From contig NW_003314297.1 of the NCBI RefSeq assembly GCF_000143415.4, forward strand, positions 682,001-746,000: a stretch of 64,000 nt of DNA, read 5' to 3'. A model generated the notes under the pieces. The model saw nothing but the letters and a program-made list of their open reading frames with translations, ran no database searches and had not been told where the DNA came from. This document shows, in pieces, positions 61,777 through 64,000 of this stretch (its first letter is position 1; each line of letters begins with the position of its first letter). This DNA comes from Selaginella moellendorffii. Lineage: Eukaryota; Plantae; Lycopodiophyta. Made by a program: the position numbers and the translations under genes.

Positions 61777-62089
61777 CGCTCCGGTCCTCCTGCCCTAGAA
61801 ACAGAGATCCCTATCGCGCGCTCGCGCCTACGGTGCCCCAATGCATCGCTCCCGCGCAAATCTCCACCCGCATTCTAGCTACGTCGAGGAGATCTTGCGA
61901 GTGCTTCTTCGTCCACAGGAACTTTAGGGCTTTGTCTTGGACACGTGTCAAATATCTAAATTGTTCGGATGGTTCCACGTGGACTTACTTAATGTGGAGG
62001 CTTTTGAGTAAATACATACTTAATGTGGATAAATACAATAGCACAAAAAAAAGGCACCAATCAGTTGTTTTCATTTTCCCCAGTTCGAG

Positions 62090-62753
62090 CTAAGCATAGT
62101 TGAGCCGAAAGATGTCGTTGAGGACGAAGAGGGAACCCTCGGCCGTGGGAACGAGATGGAACATCTAGAAAAAAATCCACAAAGAAAATCGATTCCAATG
62201 ATTCAATCCAAGTAGAAACGAAGAAAATTGATTCGATCCAATCCAACAAGCAAAAGATCGATGGGGGGGACCAAAAGCGCACCAAGAGAAAACGAAAGAT
62301 CTATGGCGGGATCAAACAGATCTAAAGGAAACGAAGTGAAACTTGCTAGCATAAAGCAGGAATCTCTTTCTTCTTCGAGCTCGAGGAGGATCACGCAGGG
62401 ATCTAAGAACTCTTGAGCGCCAAGCAAAGAATGGAGGAGGATCATACCTGGCTGAATTTGAGGGGGTGCTCCTCGCCGGGCAGCTGGAGGATCCCGCTGA
62501 CAAAGACGAGCATACCTCCGTGCGCGCCCGAGGGCTGGCAGTCGACCGTGGAGATGTTGTGCTTGCACTGCTGGAAGGGCAAGCTATTGAGCTTGTTGGC
62601 GATGTTGGGCGCGCCCTGGAATTGCTGGCCCTCGAAGGTGAGCATGGACGCGTCCTGGTAGAGCGAGACGAGCCCGGCGCGGTTGGCGTCGAATGTGTTG
62701 TAGTAGTGATCCACGAATGCCCGCGACACCTGATCGGGATCCATGGCCGCCAT
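62090..62753 (-). CDS. NTF2: Nuclear transport factor 2; 2 exons
   Basis: MDPDQVSRAFVDHYYNTFD...SMLTFEG...VDCQPSG...LKFSQ / MFHLVPT...LNDIFRLNYA*. Confidence 0.96.
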
Positions 62754-62869
62754 CGATCGGAGCCCCTGCGCGAAGAACCCTAGTTTTTGCTTGGCGAGTT
62801 ATAATCTATTCCTTTTTTCCGGTTTGCTTTATTACACTTTTATATCATAGTTGCTGACTCAGCCCTAGC

Positions 62870-62983
62870 ATGTGTGGCAAGTGACGTGTCAGGTGAGTTG
62901 GCGTGGCGAGATGCCAGAGAGACATGTGGCACTGACCTGGCAGATGCCCTATGTGTGGGGCACCTGCCAAGTGTCACCGCGGC
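62870..62983 (+). promoter_or_regulatory. ABRE/G-box-like motif cluster upstream of the oleosin
   Basis: GACGTGTC, GCGTGGC, ACATGTGGC, ACCTGGC and CAAGTGTC within about 110 bp. Confidence 0.5.
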
Positions 62984-63260
62984 NNNNNNNNNNNNNNNNN
63001 NNNNNNNNNNNNNNNNNNNNNNNNNNNNNNNNNNNNNNNNNNNNNNNNNNNNNNNNNNNNNNNNNNNNNNNNNNNNNNNNNNNNNNNNNNNNNNNNNNNN
63101 NNNNNNNNNNNNNNNNNNNNNNNNNNNNNNNNNNNNNNNNNNNNNNNNNNNNNNNNNNNNNNNNNNNNNNNNNNNNNNNNNNNNNNNNNNNNNNNNNNNN
63201 NNNNNNNNNNNNNNNNNNNNNNNNNNNNNNNNNNNNNNNNNNNNNNNNNNNNNNNNNNNN
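62984..63260. other. Assembly gap (N run)
   Basis: Run of N bases. Confidence 1.
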
Positions 63261-63590
63261 GGGATTCTGGCGGCGTTAGCGCTGGCGGGCACAGTGATCA
63301 CCGTGACGGTGGTGGGCTTTATCATCGCCTCGCCCTTCCTGCTCTTCTTTAGCCCCGTGCTGGTGCCGCTTGGCACGCTCTTCGTGATCGGCACCGGGAT
63401 GTTTGCGGTGTTTTGCTCTGCGGTGTCGTGGCTCTACCAGTACATGCGCGGCGGACACCCTCCAGGCTCGGACAAGATCGACACGGTGAGGAGGAGGATA
63501 GCTGAGTCCGCACATCATTTGAGCGAGAAGACGCAGGGCACTGGCGGTGATATCAGCCGCTACTTGCAGGACGCAGCCAAGGCTTCGTAA
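63261..63590 (+). CDS. Oleosin; 5' end lies in the gap
   Basis: Long hydrophobic hairpin with proline knot PFLLFFSPVLVP (P-X5-SP-X3-P) followed by SWLYQYMRGGHPPGSD. Confidence 0.93.
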   Translation, partial: GILAALALAGTVITVTVVGFIIASPFLLFFSPVLVPLGTLFVIGTGMFAVFCSAVSWLYQYMRGGHPPGSDKIDTVRRRIAESAHHLSEKTQGTGGDISRYLQDAAKAS

Positions 63591-64000
63591 GATCTTCCGG
63601 CTAAGCATCCGAGCCAGCTCTGCAGCGATTTCCATTCCCTTTAGCTGTTTCTCTCAGAATCGAGAGGAGTTTCCTCGATCGATCGATGAAACTCCATTCT
63701 CTTTGTCCTAAGTTTGTAGCTTTGCAGCAGAGCTTCTTTTTGTGTTCGTTGTCATGTGGTGAATAAGAAACTCCCAGAATCTCTGAATATCTCCTTTCTA
63801 ATTGTAGAATCTCCTTCTTATTAGTATTTCATTCTTTAAACTACAATATATTCATAGAATAAGTATATTTGTAACCAAGTATTCTTCACTCTTAAGAATT
63901 TATTTGTCTATCTATCTGAACACACTTCAGCATCCAAAAATATATACTCATATATTTGAGTGTCATATGTGGTTGTGATGTATGCTCACGTCTACTTTGT

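Noticed and set aside
62840-63394. ORFs spanning the N run
   Set aside because: Artefacts of the assembly gap; only the oleosin frame after 63261 is supported.
1-64000. Idea that LFY, GSO-like RLK, VAL, GH3 and oleosin form a developmental gene cluster
   Set aside because: They are interspersed with unrelated housekeeping genes and a TE island; high gene density explains the co-occurrence without synteny or co-expression evidence.

Overview
Eukaryotic plant genomic DNA, most likely the lycophyte Selaginella. This is an inference from the very short introns (about 50-70 nt), intergenic gaps under 200 bp and an S-motif-rich PLS PPR gene; it was not confirmed by search. Two gene-dense arms flank a roughly 28-kb transposon island. 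The left arm (1-24.5 kb) carries a WW-domain gene, tRNA-Ala, adenylate kinase, a split secreted bulb-lectin gene, LEAFY, a CGFS glutaredoxin, tRNA-Phe, an Edc1/PNRC-motif protein, an F-box/kelch gene, plastid RPL4, a PLS-PPR, a GSO1/SGN3-like LRR-RLK, Mpv17/PMP22, TRS33 and an ATL RING-H2. The right arm (53-64 kb) carries GH3, SCC3, a truncated VAL/HSI2-like B3 gene, NTF2 and an oleosin. The island holds a four-level nest of one apparently non-coding (LARD-like) LTR retroelement family inserted into itself. Three levels have intact 5-bp TSDs, and the two full-length copies have PBS and PPT. Their ORF-less interior carries a conserved four-hairpin module with tRNA T-arm/B-box-like loops. That module, the self-nesting, the Edc1/PNRC2-like protein, the CW/EAR-less VAL and the chimeric lectin are the best leads for undescribed biology. 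All calls are from reading the sequence; no searches were run.
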